A stretch of DNA of 63,381 nucleotides, counting the filler, from Collodictyon triciliatum (taxonomy: Eukaryota), in NCBI GenBank assembly GCA_043381765.1. It is 15 parts of 15 records of this genome, joined end to end, with 100 filler letters (N's around TTAATTAATTAA, not from the genome) between each part and the next. Parts side by side here need not be neighbours in the genome. Positions count along the whole stretch, not along the records: positions 36,292 to 40,480 come from JBHJMP010006401.1; positions 40,581 to 44,756 come from JBHJMP010006402.1; positions 44,857 to 49,044 come from JBHJMP010006403.1; positions 49,145 to 53,332 come from JBHJMP010006404.1; 11 more parts are not named here. One strand, given 5' to 3'. Positions 38,956 to 50,510 of this stretch are shown here, in pieces. The notes beneath the pieces are model-generated. The model saw only the letters and a program-made list of their open reading frames with translations. It had not been told where the DNA came from and did no database searches. Position numbers and translations under genes: made by a program. Position 1 is the stretch's first letter, and every line of letters begins with the position of its first letter.

Positions 38956-40580
38956 CAGACGGAGGCGGTCTGGATGAGTTCCGGAGGCTGTGAGGACGAA
39001 CGGACTGGGTTGTGTCAGTGCGCTGCAGTGTTTATTTGTTTTGTGACTTCGCCTGGCAAATCATGGTCAATGTCGCTCGTACGCGGTGTGTGGCTCGTGT
39101 GGTCTTTGGGATGGCAGAACATTCTGGAGTACTCTGAGTGCAATATCATTCTATAATGCGTAACATGTATTTCTGCTTCACAAATTTGGTTAATCAAAGA
39201 AATAGTATTCAAGATGCAACACAAAATATTTAAATGCTGTAAATTCCATATTTACACTTTATGATGATAATTGTATGGAATTAATATTACTTCTCTGTTA
39301 TTCAAATTATTTGCTTCTTCATGCCATTAATGCCCATGAATATTTTTAGCTTTTTATTCTTTTTTTTTTTTTTATAACTGCGAGGGCGTTACATGTCTTG
39401 TGTATGGAGTGAGCGAACCTTTCATCTTTGCCGCAGCGAGTTCGTATTCTTCCTTGTGCTGGTGTGAAGCAAACTTCATCGTATTCCGGCACAGTGGAGT
39501 GCCTTTGCGGGTCGTCGAGTCTCGTGGGTGCAGGTGTGTTCGTGAGTCAGCATTGCGTTGCTTGTGCGAGTGGTTGCGTGTTGTAGACAACATTTGATTG
39601 TAGACTCGAGACTCGAGACTGGTTGGCGACTGGCCGGCTGCTGCAAAAAAAAAGGGTACGAAACTTGAATAAACGGATAACTCTGAGCGCACAGGCTTAG
39701 CGTTACCGAGGTTTACATACAGCTCTATCTCGACTCTTTATGTACAAAGGCGTTGCCCCAATGAGGAGCAGTTTACCCGTGGGCCCAGCAAGGGTTGCCT
39801 GGCAGTAGTGCCTGGATGGGGATGGGAAAATAATTATCGGGTCAGATTGGTTTGGATGAATAGATTCGATGTGATTGAAGATCATAGATTAAGCATGACA
39901 TGTATGAAAATTTAATGTGGAATATAATAGTAATTGACAAAATGATCAAAGTATAGCAAAAATTAATTGGATTGGGTCTATTGTTTGATGGGTTTATTTC
40001 GTTGTTTTTTGTTGTATTCTTTAAACAACATGCAGAAAGAGTACAGAACAATGAAAACAAGAAATTTGAGGGTATAGTTTGCATACGGGTCGTACCTGAT
40101 GGGTGCGTTGTTTCCCGCAGCAGACACTACTGTCAGGAGCCTTGCTGAAGCCACAGGGTTGCTCCCCACCGAGTCGGGATACGGCACCGCGTATAACCGT
40201 TGGAAAATACCCCACCAGTTTGCGTAGTGGCTCCCTTTAATTGTTCAGTTCTGAGCGAGGACGGGTTCCAACTGTGGAGCGCTACAAACCTCGGCCATCC
40301 CATGATAAGAAAGATACGCGCTGCGTGGAGCGCCGAAGCCATTCAATGAACTCCATAACGCCGCGCTCAACGCCCACCTACCCATCTTAACCCGGCAAGG
40401 ATAGCCTGCATGAATGAACCGATGATGAGAGGACGTTCTATTTGAGTAGTTGGCTTCGTTGGGGGGGGGGGGGGGGGGGGNNNNNNNNNNNNNNNNNNNN
40501 NNNNNNNNNNNNNNNNNNNNNNNNTTAATTAATTAANNNNNNNNNNNNNNNNNNNNNNNNNNNNNNNNNNNNNNNNNNNN

Positions 40581-40701
40581 AGATACAGATACAGATACAG
40601 ATACAGATACAGATACAGATACAGATACAGATACAGATACAGATACAGATACAGATACAGATACAGATACAGATACAGATACAGATACAGATACAGATAC
40701 A
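40581..40701. repeat. (AGATAC)n microsatellite
   Basis: Direct reading. Confidence 0.97.
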
Positions 40702-40792
40702 AATAAAATCCTGCTTCGCACGACGTATTGGCGTCTGCATGCTTGTCAGGCTAGGCTATATTCTTTGCCCAGAGTCAGGATGAGATACGATT

Positions 40793-43397
40793 TTAATTGA
40801 GGAGTGAGGGTAAGTCCGGTGTTGTTTGTCGAACGGTTGATGCACTCGGCATTTTGCCCATGCGGAAAAGCTCATATGCCGCAGCCGCAGTGGTATCGGC
40901 ATTGATGGTTGCAACAGCCAGAACACTATCACCTTTGGTAAAATATGCTTCCACTTTCTGAGCCTGCCAATGACAACATAAAACAAAATTAAATCCAGTT
41001 TTACTTGAAAAGACAGCGTGGATTATCAACCATACCTTGCCCTCTATCAGTTCAGTCGAGCCCTTGATAATGAGTTCATCCCAGGTAAAAGCGTGGCCAG
41101 CGTAGCGGACCGAGACACCAAACTTTATTTGTGGATAGGGAGTCAGGAGATTGAGTGCCAGCTTTTCGTTTGTCTTTTTTTTCTTTTTTTCTTTTTTTTT
41201 TACTTATTCAATAAAACAGAAATCAATAAAATCGTATTTCTGTTCTCCCCACCTGTTGGGTCCAGAAGAAAAGGACACTTTCGTATGGTTCAGCCTTTCC
41301 AATCATGTTGCGTGCAGCGACACGGCCATGTTGCATGGCAACGTCTAAGAATTGCGTCCATATGTTTGCGTTTCATTAGCGTAAATATTTTGGTTTCTGT
41401 ATATAGTTAGGTGATGCATGAAATCATTCATGTCATCCTAGAAGTTCAAATAAAAATCTACATATACTTGGTCAAATGTCTTCTGCGTACCCCAATGCTC
41501 AACACGAACGTGATGGTCAGTCGATTTGTAAGGGAAGCGCGCGATGTCACCAGCAGCATAGACCCCGTCGAATCCAGGAACTCTCAGATACTGAGTTGAA
41601 ACAAAAGTTTGTGCAAAGAAAAGGCAGGCAGATTGGCATTTGTTTTTGTTTTGTTTTCTTCTGATTGTATTGTTGGGCATTTCATGAATCACATAAAACT
41701 AGGTGGATTTGGATACCTTGTCGACAATTACGCTGCCATCGCGTTCCAAGGGGATTCCAGAATCACGCAGAAACCCGGTGGAAGGGATGATACCAGCACC
41801 AATCACTATCATATCAGCGGCGAGTTCTTCTCCATTATCCAGGACAACTCCTGTAAAGTTACAAACATAGTGGCTATCAGTGAGATGGACGTTGAAGAGG
41901 AAGAAAAAAAAAAGGCTGATGCGGGTTCAAAAATTTTATCCCGTTGAAACAACGATGAATAAGAGTAATGAAAACAAATGCTAGATAAAAAGAGTGATTT
42001 GTGCATTGATTCTTTTCAGATTTATTTCAAGCACGTATGCTAATTGATTCATTTCCAAATTGTGCAAGAAAAGAAATAAGGACCTGTTACTCGCGTTTGT
42101 CCAAGGAATTTGGAAACAACGCGACCCATCCTAAAGGACACACCCCTGTTGATAAAAAGCAACATCGGTGAGATTTTGTTCCAATATAACGTGTTAAATT
42201 AGTGATTCGCAAGCGGGCAAAAAAGAAAAAACATTGCATCGTTAATACCCAAAATTACAAGCGCACGCAGTAATTGATAATACTTCTTTTTCTTTTTTCT
42301 TTTTTTTACTTTACTTCATTCAATTCAAATCAGTGATAAAAATTAGTAAATGCCAGCCAAAGCTACCTGTGCTCGTGAATCTTCTGGAAAACAGAGCCCA
42401 ATTCAGGTCCAAGAACACGCTCGAAAGGAACCTATTTAGATACATCTGACATGTTAAGTTGGCGGATTGGCTAGGGTTTTCGATATTTAGCTCTAGCGCT
42501 ATGTTTCCGTATATTTTGCAGGCACGGGCTCGAGTGGAATCATATGTAAGAAATAGTTTGGTAGCTGAATGCAAACCTTTTCCATACCGACAACAACGAC
42601 GTTTGGAATCTTGTGGGACTGCTTCAAAAGGGATGCCATCTTCGCGACAATAGAGAAAGAAATTATCAGTATGGGCGGATATATGAAAGAACAGCTTAAC
42701 AACATGATATATATTTCTTCAAAGGGAAAGAAGTATGTAGATATATAATCATGATTAAAATTCGATGATTACCTCCATTCCAATAAAGCTGGAGCCAATC
42801 ACCACAACGCTTTGGATATCGCGAGACCCCTTAAAAATGTCTACAATGGTCATTGAGGGTATATTTTAGAGTCTTGTTTTAGAGGGAAAAATAATGTGTG
42901 TGAATGTCTTGTCAAGTTATAAGATCTAGTTACTATATAAGTGAGGCAATTTGATTAGTACTTGCTGAGTCTTCGATATTTCTAACAGTGTGGATGTTTT
43001 CCAGATGCTTTCCTTCACAATTTAGAGTTCTTGGACTTCCTATTATCCAAATGATGAGAAAAAAAGCATGCTGATGAGTCACTCACTGCACCAGGCAATG
43101 ATTACGTTCACTTTGCCTGTAAGGGGCAAAGGTATGCGTGTGTTGATTTATAATATCACTCAACCTCCGGTGGCGACAAGAACTCGGTCGTAAGGAAGAG
43201 CAGCATTATTGGACAAGATCACTTCTTTCTCTTTTGTGTTGATTTTAATGACCTCCTGTACATCGACGCACAAAGTAGGATGAAATCGATTATCCATTAA
43301 ATTCTGTAAAACGCTACAGGAATACTATTCGAGCATATATGGTATTTGGTTACAGAGGAAAGTTGAGAATAAGACTGCGTTTGCCGTATCCCTTGTC

Positions 43398-43459
<62 letters not shown>

Positions 43460-44548
43460 ATTTTGCTTCCCTTACCACAGACGGGATAAATTCGATCTTG
43501 TGGTCGTCATAGAAACTCTCTGGACGAAGAAGGGCACTCTTAAGCTCAAGGCTAAAGGGGGAAAAAGACGGCACTCAATTAATAAAACTTCTCAATTCAT
43601 CGAAATAATGTATGACGCAATGATAAGAACAATAGTAATGATGGAAATAATACAATACTTTGCACTCTTGCTGATCTTGATGCGGTCGTAAGGTAAATGC
43701 TCTTCATTGGATATTATAGTAATATTGCCTGTGTATCCCTCCTCGCGAAGCGTCTGGGAAGCAGTAAATCCAGCGGCTCCCCCACCCACGATGATAATGT
43801 TCTGATAGTTGTAGTTAGTTATTGGAATTATATTAACTTCTTCTCAGATAAGTTGAAATAGTCGCAAAAATAAATGATAGAGAATGATAGTGTCATTGAT
43901 CATGAATGGGATTGTAAAATTCTTGAATATACGCCAACGTTAGCATACTTTTGGCTCCGCAGATTTAGGCGAGCCAGCTTTGAAATCACGTTTGAAATGA
44001 GGGAATGGGATAGGAATCTATATGGCGTGGGATTAGGAGCAGTTGAGGTCATTTCTATCAGTATTTCAATTGTTGCTGCATCCATTTAATAAATAAATTA
44101 ATAAAAATGGGCTCAATCTAACTTGGAGTTTTAGTTGTGGTATTGTAGAAAAAACTTCAACAGATAGGATAATCAAATATATTACTTTGACCAGCACTTG
44201 ACCAGATTCATTAACCCTTGTCTATGAAAGGGATAAAAACGTTAGTCTTTTGGATGTACTGTGATAAAAAAAAAAAAAAAGGACTGTTTATGGACGTATT
44301 GGCTAAAAAAAAAAAAAAAAAAATTGGATGCGTGGCGGCATGACATATCATGCAGACCGAGAAAGATTGCAGAGCATCCAAAGCCGGAGCATCCTCGATA
44401 TCTCCAGTGCGGCAATTGAACGTAGCTGCGTGCCACGGGCAGACAATTCGGTCGCCGCAGAGGACACCCTTGGAAAGCGGTGCGGCGTAGTGCGTGCATT
44501 TCGACGAGGTTGCGTGGAAATTACCGTCGCTGGTTCGGACAAGAAGAA
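40793..44548 (-). CDS. Rieske [2Fe-2S] plus FAD/NADH oxidoreductase (AIFM3/AIF-like); 5' end missing
   Basis: CTHYAAPL..IVCPWHAATF, IVGGGAAG, PYDRIKISK, VVVIGSSFIGME, YAAGDIA, RVEHWDVAMQHGRVAA, FFWTQQ; stop TAA at 40793. Confidence 0.93.
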
Positions 44549-44652
44549 TCTACGTCGAAAACGCATCGGTTACTTGAATAATGTCACGACATCATATTAA
44601 CTCCTTCTGCAGATGAAAATATTCTTATTCAAGAAGCGATTATTTTGTTACT

Positions 44653-44756
<104 letters not shown>

Positions 44757-44856
44757 NNNNNNNNNNNNNNNNNNNNNNNNNNNNNNNNNNNNNNNNNNNN
44801 TTAATTAATTAANNNNNNNNNNNNNNNNNNNNNNNNNNNNNNNNNNNNNNNNNNNN

Positions 44857-44916
<60 letters not shown>

Positions 44917-45024
44917 CTTCTTGCCTCTCGAAGTACTTGGAGACGCGTCTTCCCCCTCTCCTACAACCCCTCCCGACTCTTGCCAAGTCCCTCCCTCCCC
45001 CAGAGAAGCCTCCTGCCACACATC

Positions 45025-46326
45025 ATGGCTGAGCAGGCGATAATCGAGGAGCTTTTCCTGGAGTATCGAGCCCAACTCATGGAGCTGACAAACACTAGAG
45101 CCCTGATCAACAACTTAACAGAGATTGCCTCGGAGAGCCGCATGTTCGCCGACGGCATTGCCAAGGTCATCATGGAGAGAATCCAAGAGGTAAGGGTCCA
45201 CAGCCATACCTCCCATCTGAGAGAACACCCTGCCCAGACCGCAGCGTCATGCGGACCTCTGGACTTGCCTCGTTGTGTACACTGTCATTCCCACTCGTTT
45301 TTTTCAGGATTAAGCTTATTGCATAACAGGTTCCGAGCCAGCTGTGCATCCCACCGCTCTATCTAATGGACTCCATAATCAAGAACGTCGGCGCACCGTA
45401 CTCGGACCTCTTCCGGCCGCACCTTGAAGCGCTTTTTATGCAAAAGTATAGCACTAGCCCACCCGAGCTGAGAAACACTCTTGGGCGTCTCCTTGCCACA
45501 TGGCGAGAATACTTTCCGGTCGAGCATCAGCGCATCTGCCAACACGTAGAGGCTATGAATCTTCGCCTGGGGAGTCAGCCACCAGCCGGCCCCAGAAACA
45601 CGCCCGCCAGCAACGGACACCATTTACATCAGCCCCAACTTGTGGGACAAACACCACCGCCAGCCCAAAACGTGGCGCAAGCACAGATTCTCTCCTACAC
45701 ACAAAGGGCTCCTCAACAAGGCCATCGCCCGGTCCAGCCGCACACTCATCAACAGCAGCATGTGGCGCAGGGCCAAGTCTACCCCCAAGGCCAGGTCGCC
45801 CCTGCCCAGCATTCTCAACGCTATCTTCAGCCGCAGCCTCAGGCCCCTGCCGCTGTTGCTCCCCGCCCCCTTTCTCATCACCAGAGTCACCACCAATCCA
45901 CGCCACAGCCACACAACCAAGCACAGCATCAGATGCAGCCTCATCCAGGAAACTACCTCTCAAAGACTCACGTCTCTGCCTCCGGTTACGCTCCAGCCGC
46001 AGCCACGCAATTCCAACCACATATGAGGCCTGCTGCTCCCGAGCCCCATTCCACGGCTACCCATATGGACAGGAAACTCAAGAACGGACATATAAACTCT
46101 TTTGAAGACACCGTCGCAAAGTACCAGAGAGTGGGTGATGCCTACAATTCGACTCATGGCTCTGCAATGGGCTCCAAGTTGCCCATGGCCTCGCTCTCGA
46201 ACACCCAAGCCCCATCAAAATCCCCACCTCTGGACTTGCATGCCCGAACATCTCCTGTGGTTGACATGAGACCTTCTCCTAATGACTTTAGCACAGAGAA
46301 CCTTCGAAGGTGAGTAAAAAATACAG

Positions 46327-46414
<88 letters not shown>

Positions 46415-47224
46415 TTTTCCCGTCTTTATTGCAGCCCCCGTTTGTTCCCCTCCTCTTTACAACATGGCTAGCCATTTGCATGCCTTGAGATACTTGTTAT
46501 CCCTTGTTGAAAGCCGTTAACACACCACTTCACTTGTCCGATTACCTAGGCGTAATCCAGATGCTATCTCGAGCATATACAAGAACCTTCCGTACCAATG
46601 CGGTCAGTGCGGATTTCGCTTCCAGTCCAAGGACAAGAATGATCGGCACCTGGACTGGCACTTTCGGAGAAATGCTGAGATGCTCGACCGACAAAAGCAA
46701 TATAGCTCCAGGAAGTTCTACCTTAAAGCTCAGGTACGAGACTATTTCAAACTTTTGTCTTCGTGAGCATGATGGTGCATGCAAAAATGAATAAATTAAT
46801 AAAAAAAAAAAATTATAATAATAAAAAAAACCGGAAGCAAACATTATTCAAATATTTATTCATTCTGTCAAACAGGACTGGCCAGATTATAAAGAGATGG
46901 AGGCAATATCGAACCTAGGTAGTTGCGTCATCCATGCGTATATACTGAATGAAAGCTTAACGAAGGGATATGGACATATGTGAATTTATCCTTCACTAAC
47001 CTAATGATCGCATCATCGAAACTTCAGAACCCCAGGACATTACAGAGCCCGACCAAGACCAGCCCCAAGAGCCATGTTGCCCGGTGAGCGAAGATCAAAC
47101 CAGTTGTGCGAAGTGTGGTGAAGAATTTGTTCGTATGTACGACGGTGACCGCGATGAATGGGTTTTTCGGGGTGTCGTTGTTCATCCAACACAGGCCATT
47201 CTAGTACATGCAAAGTGCCTATAG
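45025..47224 (+). CDS. PCF11: Pre-mRNA cleavage/termination factor Pcf11
   Basis: CID domain (LINNLTEIA..LYLMDSIIKNVG..LLATW), a Q/P/H-rich linker, zinc finger QCGQCGFRF..HLDWHFRRN..SRKFY, and a second finger CAKCGEEF..DEWVF..VHAKCL*. Five exons. Confidence 0.93.
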
Positions 47225-47539
47225 TATTATCACGTCCCTTTCTGTTATTCCTTCCTTCACATCCATTTCTTCAAAAAAAAAAAAAAAACAAAAAAAAAAA
47301 AAAACCAAAAAAAAAAAAAACGAAAAAAAAAAAAAAAAAAAAAAAATGGAGAAGAATACGAAAGTGAAGAGGGAATGAGAAAAAAAAATACCCCTACCAG
47401 AGTCCATCCAGATTTTGCCTGCTTTTTGTTCCTTTCTTCCCTTGTGAAGCCCTCACCAGGAAACGAACCAATGCATCCCCCAGTCCAAAACATTCCTTAG
47501 TCACTTAAAAATGAAACGAAATAAAATCTAAACTGACAA

Positions 47540-47621
47540 CCTTAGCTGCGCCACCTCGCTTCATAAACGGCATTTTTCGTGACAGGTTTTTATTTCACTG
47601 GGTGTGCGGGCGCAGCCAAGG
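47540..47621. other. GC-rich inverted repeat (hairpin) in intergenic DNA
   Basis: ccttagctgcgcc (47540-47552) pairs with ggcgcagccaagg (47609-47621) at 12 of 13 positions. Confidence 0.6.
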
Positions 47622-48088
47622 ACGCAAATTAAATATGGATTGACGAAAGCAGGAGCTTTGATGAATCCAAGAAAGAGCCTGAATGATAAATAGTATAATT
47701 AACATATAATAGGGTTAAAGTACTTTATAATAATCATTCTATTCCTTTAATTAATTTATATTTTCTTTTTATATGTGTAATATCATTAAAATCCAAAAAT
47801 GACAAACAGGCCCTTACCTTGGCCCAGACAAAAAAAAAAAAAAACCATAAACCTGCCACCAAACACGCATTTCAAAAAGCATACATTCCACACTTGCGAC
47901 GATAATCTTGTTGTTTGGGGCCGATGTGTTGATTTTCAGTCGCAATGGCTATACGGCCGTCCTTTCGAACTCGCCGAATCGGCTCGCAGCGTTTTGTTTC
48001 AAATCATCTATAAGAAAACTTGGTGTGTTTGTTTGCCATAAAGCATCCTTTTTGAGAGTATCGGTGAACGCTTGATTTTATGGATTGA

Positions 48089-48177
<89 letters not shown>

Positions 48178-48201
48178 TGGCTGATTGACTAATGTTTTAT
48201 T

Positions 48202-48209
48202 AAAATTGA
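48202..48209 (+). promoter_or_regulatory. AAAATTGA motif (Mimivirus early-promoter consensus) about 50 nt upstream of the Fanzor-like ATG
   Basis: Exact 8-mer, overlapped by a small perfect hairpin gaaaact-cggt-agttttc. The 8-mer also occurs by chance elsewhere in this AT-rich window. Confidence 0.3.
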
Positions 48210-48255
48210 AAACTCGGTAGTTTTCTAAAGGAAAAAGTAAAACAAAGACTTTCAG

Positions 48256-48936
48256 ATGAAGAAAAGAAAACGTCTTGAGTCTGAGAATCTAAAGTCTGTA
48301 AAACCAGAATATCGAAATGTGAAAACATCTTTAAAGTCGATTATAAAGAATGCAGATGACTATGATAAAATCAACGATACGGCTTTATTATGTCATCATT
48401 TAGTTACTGACAATTATCTGTTTGCAAGATGCTACATATTGAAATTATAATCACTCCAAACAATCGATGAAATTATTTGTTTCTTTTTTTTGTTCACTTT
48501 AAAGACAATCGGAGTAGTTTCACAAGATAGAACCACAAGTTTAAAAATCCAGATATGAGAGACAACATGTGACTTTTTATTCCAATGATTTTCGATTCCT
48601 TCTGTTCCGAGAAGAACGCTTTCCGTCGGTTGGACTGTCTCATGTATTACCGTGCTTGGCGAAGCAAATGTTAGCAGCTTATCATAATAACATTAAGGAA
48701 CATTTTGTAAAGAGGTCTGCGCTTTATAAATCAAAAAGTTCCTAAAATGAGAGGATATGGCGGAAGCTATTAAAAAGGCGGAGTTACGAAAGTTAAAAAA
48801 AAAAAAAAAGAAATCTTCAAGAAACTCGAAATACTGGAACAATATAAAGAATGGACTAAAACATATTTGCATCGTATCATTCCCAGCGATATTGTAAAAG
48901 GTATCGAATATGACGTCAAAGTCAATCCAAACAACT
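48256..48936 (+). pseudogene. Decayed Fanzor-like (TnpB-derived RNA-guided endonuclease, Fanzor1-type) N-terminal region
   Basis: Across stops and frameshifts: YRNVKTSLKSIIKN..KINDTALLCHHLVTDNYLFARCYIL*..QTIDE..LKTIG..FYSNDF..GLSHVLPCLAKQMLAAYHNNIKEHFVKR/LRFIN..ELRKLKK..YKEWTKTYLHRIIPSDIVKGIEYDVKVNP. Intronless; RuvC part absent from this contig. Confidence 0.75.
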
Positions 48937-49044
48937 GATTTCTTTCCAGTGCTAGCCTCTCCACGGTAGTGTCTTCTCCTACTCGCGTTTGCTCTCTCCC
49001 ATGCGCTCCCATCCCGCCCCTTTGTATGGCATAACCTCGCTACA
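48935..49044 (+). mobile_element. 5'-truncated LINE family A 3'UTR inserted into the Fanzor-like ORF
   Basis: 110 bp matching 28126-28235 with 5 mismatches by manual comparison. Confidence 0.88.
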
Positions 49045-49145
49045 NNNNNNNNNNNNNNNNNNNNNNNNNNNNNNNNNNNNNNNNNNNNTTAATTAATTAA
49101 NNNNNNNNNNNNNNNNNNNNNNNNNNNNNNNNNNNNNNNNNNNNC

Positions 49146-50510
49146 ACGAAAGACTCGCAATCATGCTATGCTTGTCCAAAAGGCACAATCAACTCAAACT
49201 CCGGCTCATATGGAAGCTCATCATGTTATGAGTGTCCACAAGGCACTTGGAATGATAGAGAAGGTCAAGCATCATGCATATCATGCCCAGCTGGGACATT
49301 CAACAACAAAACTGGCTCATTTGATCAATCATCATGCATCTCCTGTCCAAATGGAAGCTACAGCTCAGAAAGAAGCTCATCATGCAGCTTGTGTTTATCA
49401 GGATTCTTTCAAAAAGAAGGAATCACGAAAGACTCGCAATCATGCTATGCTTGTCCAAAAGGCACAATCAACTCAAACTCCGGCTCATATGGAAGCTCAT
49501 CATGTTATGAGTGTCCACAAGGCACTTGGAATGATAGAGAAGGTCAAGCATCATGCACATCATGCCCAGCTGGGACATTCAGTTTTGAAATTGGCGCATT
49601 CAACGAATCATCGTGCATTTCATGTCCGAATGGAAGCTACAGCTCGAGAGGAAGCTCATCATGCAGCTTATGCTTATCAGGATTCTATCAAAAAGAAGGC
49701 ATCACAAAAGACTCAAAATCATGCTATGCTTGTCCAAAAGGCACATTCAACTCGAACTCCGGCTCATATGGAAATAAGTCATGTATCGAATGTCCACAAG
49801 GCACTTGGAATGATAGAGATGGTCAGGCATCATGCACATCATGTCCAGCTGGGACATTCAGTTTTGAAACTGGCGCATATGACCCCTCATCGTGCATTTC
49901 ATGTCCAGATGGAAGCTACAGCTCAGAAAGAAGCTCATCATGCAGCTTATGCTTATCAGGATTCTATCAAAAAGAAGGCATCACAAAAGACTCCAAATCA
50001 TGCTACGCTTGTACAAAAGGCACATTCAACACAAACTCCGGCTCATATGGAAGCTCATCATGTTATGAGTGTCCACAAGGCACATGGAATCATAGAGAAG
50101 GTCAAGCATCATGCACATCATGCCCAGCTGGGACATTCAGTTTTGAAATTGGCGCATTCAACGAATCATCGTGCATTTCATGTCCAAATGGAAGCTACAG
50201 CTCAGCCGGAAGCTCATCATGCAGCCTATGCTCATCAGGATACTATCAAAAAGAAGGAATCACGAAAGACTCGAAATCATGCTATGCTTGTCCAAAAGGC
50301 ACATACAACTCAAACTCCGGCTCATATGGAAGCTCATCATGTTATGAGTGTCCACAAGGCACTTGGAATGATAGAGAAGGTCAAGCATCATGCATGTCAT
50401 GCCCAGCTGGTACCTTCAACAACAAAACTGGTTCATTTGACCCCTCATCGTGCATTCCATGTCCAAATGGAAGCTACAGCTCAGAAAGAAGCGTATCATG
50501 CAACTCATGT
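49146..50510 (+). repeat. 279-bp (93-aa) coding tandem repeat, about 5 copies
   Basis: Units start at 49146, 49425, 49704, 49983 and 50262. Confidence 0.93.

Noticed and set aside
45500-46208. Several overlapping ORFs in other frames and strands
   Set aside because: Shadows of the GC-rich low-complexity PCF11 exon.
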